A stretch of DNA of 63,276 bases, counting the filler, from Octopus bimaculoides (Eukaryota): NCBI RefSeq assembly GCF_001194135.2. It is 7 parts of 5 records of this genome, joined end to end, with 100 filler letters (N's around TTAATTAATTAA, not from the genome) between each part and the next. Parts side by side here need not be neighbours in the genome. Positions count along the whole stretch, not along the records: positions 61,603 to 63,276 come from NC_068988.1; 6 more parts are not named here. The stretch is one strand, 5' to 3'. The position numbers and the translations under genes were made by a program. The notes beneath the pieces were generated by a model that did no database searches, was not told where the DNA came from, and saw nothing but the letters and a program-made list of their open reading frames with translations. Each line of letters starts with the position of its first letter. The stretch's first letter is position 1. Positions 62,458-63,276 of this stretch are shown one piece after another.

Positions 62458-63055
62458 TGCGTATTTGTGAGGAGTATGTTCATGACGAGTGTAGATGTAC
62501 GTTTCTTGTCATCTTTGACTGTTTTCATTTGCATAATTTTTTTTTATTATGAACGTTATGCAAAGCATGTTTTCCATTTTAAAATGCTTGTTTACATAGT
62601 GAGTGAGGCCTAGTGTGGTTTCACGCCCCCTTCTCTCTCTCCCCAACTCTCTCATCACCGATGTTCTGTTGAGTGATGGGCGAGAGGGCCGAGAATGCGT
62701 ATAAGACTATTTGCGAGTACAGGGGCACCGAAGACAATTATCGGAAGCACGCCGCATGTTTGCTTGCGAGTGAACGACCCCTCGCTATGTTACATATACA
62801 GACAGACATATATGTGTGTGTCAGTATGTATATGTATATATACATGTAAACACACACACACACCCATATGTGAATTAGACTCCGGTAGATTTGTGTTACT
62901 TGCAAAATGCGTTAGAGAATATAGTGAAATTTTCCCACTCCACACATGAACTTCCTAATATTCAACGTCACATTTTGATATACATTTTGATATACATTTT
63001 GATATACAAACAGTTACAAGCTCATACATTCATGTTTATGCATGTGTAAAATCAA

Positions 63056-63086
<31 letters not shown>

Positions 63087-63099
63087 GACAGACAGACAG

Positions 63100-63141
<42 letters not shown>

Positions 63142-63164
63142 GCACACACATATATATATATACA

Positions 63165-63276
63165 CAGGGGTTGAACAAAATAATGGAAACACTTTCGAAT
63201 TTCAAATAGTGATTACTCAAATTTCAGTAGTGTTCTCTCCAAACACCATGATATTGACTGGATGTTTGATTTTTAT
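63165..63276 (+). mobile_element. Probable Tc1-like element, 5' TIR running off the window
   Basis: caggggttgaacaaaataatggaaacac after a (TA)n tract resembles Tc1 TIR starts (CAG.G...AAA). Confidence 0.5.

Overview
AT-rich, microsatellite-saturated eukaryotic genomic DNA from a draft assembly with many N gaps. The repeat repertoire suggests an octopod cephalopod such as Octopus; this is inference from recognised repeat types, not a search. No complete protein-coding gene, RNA gene or CRISPR array is supportable, and most supplied ORFs are microsatellite or gap artefacts. The window is largely decayed mobile DNA: tRNA-derived SINEs, RLE-type (R4/Dong-like), CR1-like, RTE-like and L1/Tx1-like LINEs, Penelope-like elements, mariner/Tc1/Tigger relics, foldback elements, two Chapaev3-like transposons and a Helitron helicase fragment. 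Most notable: (1) a Penelope GIY-YIG element whose 3' region carries a tRNA-like A/B-box module followed by a minimal hammerhead ribozyme motif; (2) foldbacks with hammerhead-like cores; (3) (TAA)n microsatellites acting as retroelement landing pads, including an apparently 5'-inverted R4/Dong-like copy; (4) a CpG-decayed domain in the first ~8.5 kb next to a CpG-rich candidate promoter. Element families were assigned by eye, and most boundaries are approximate.
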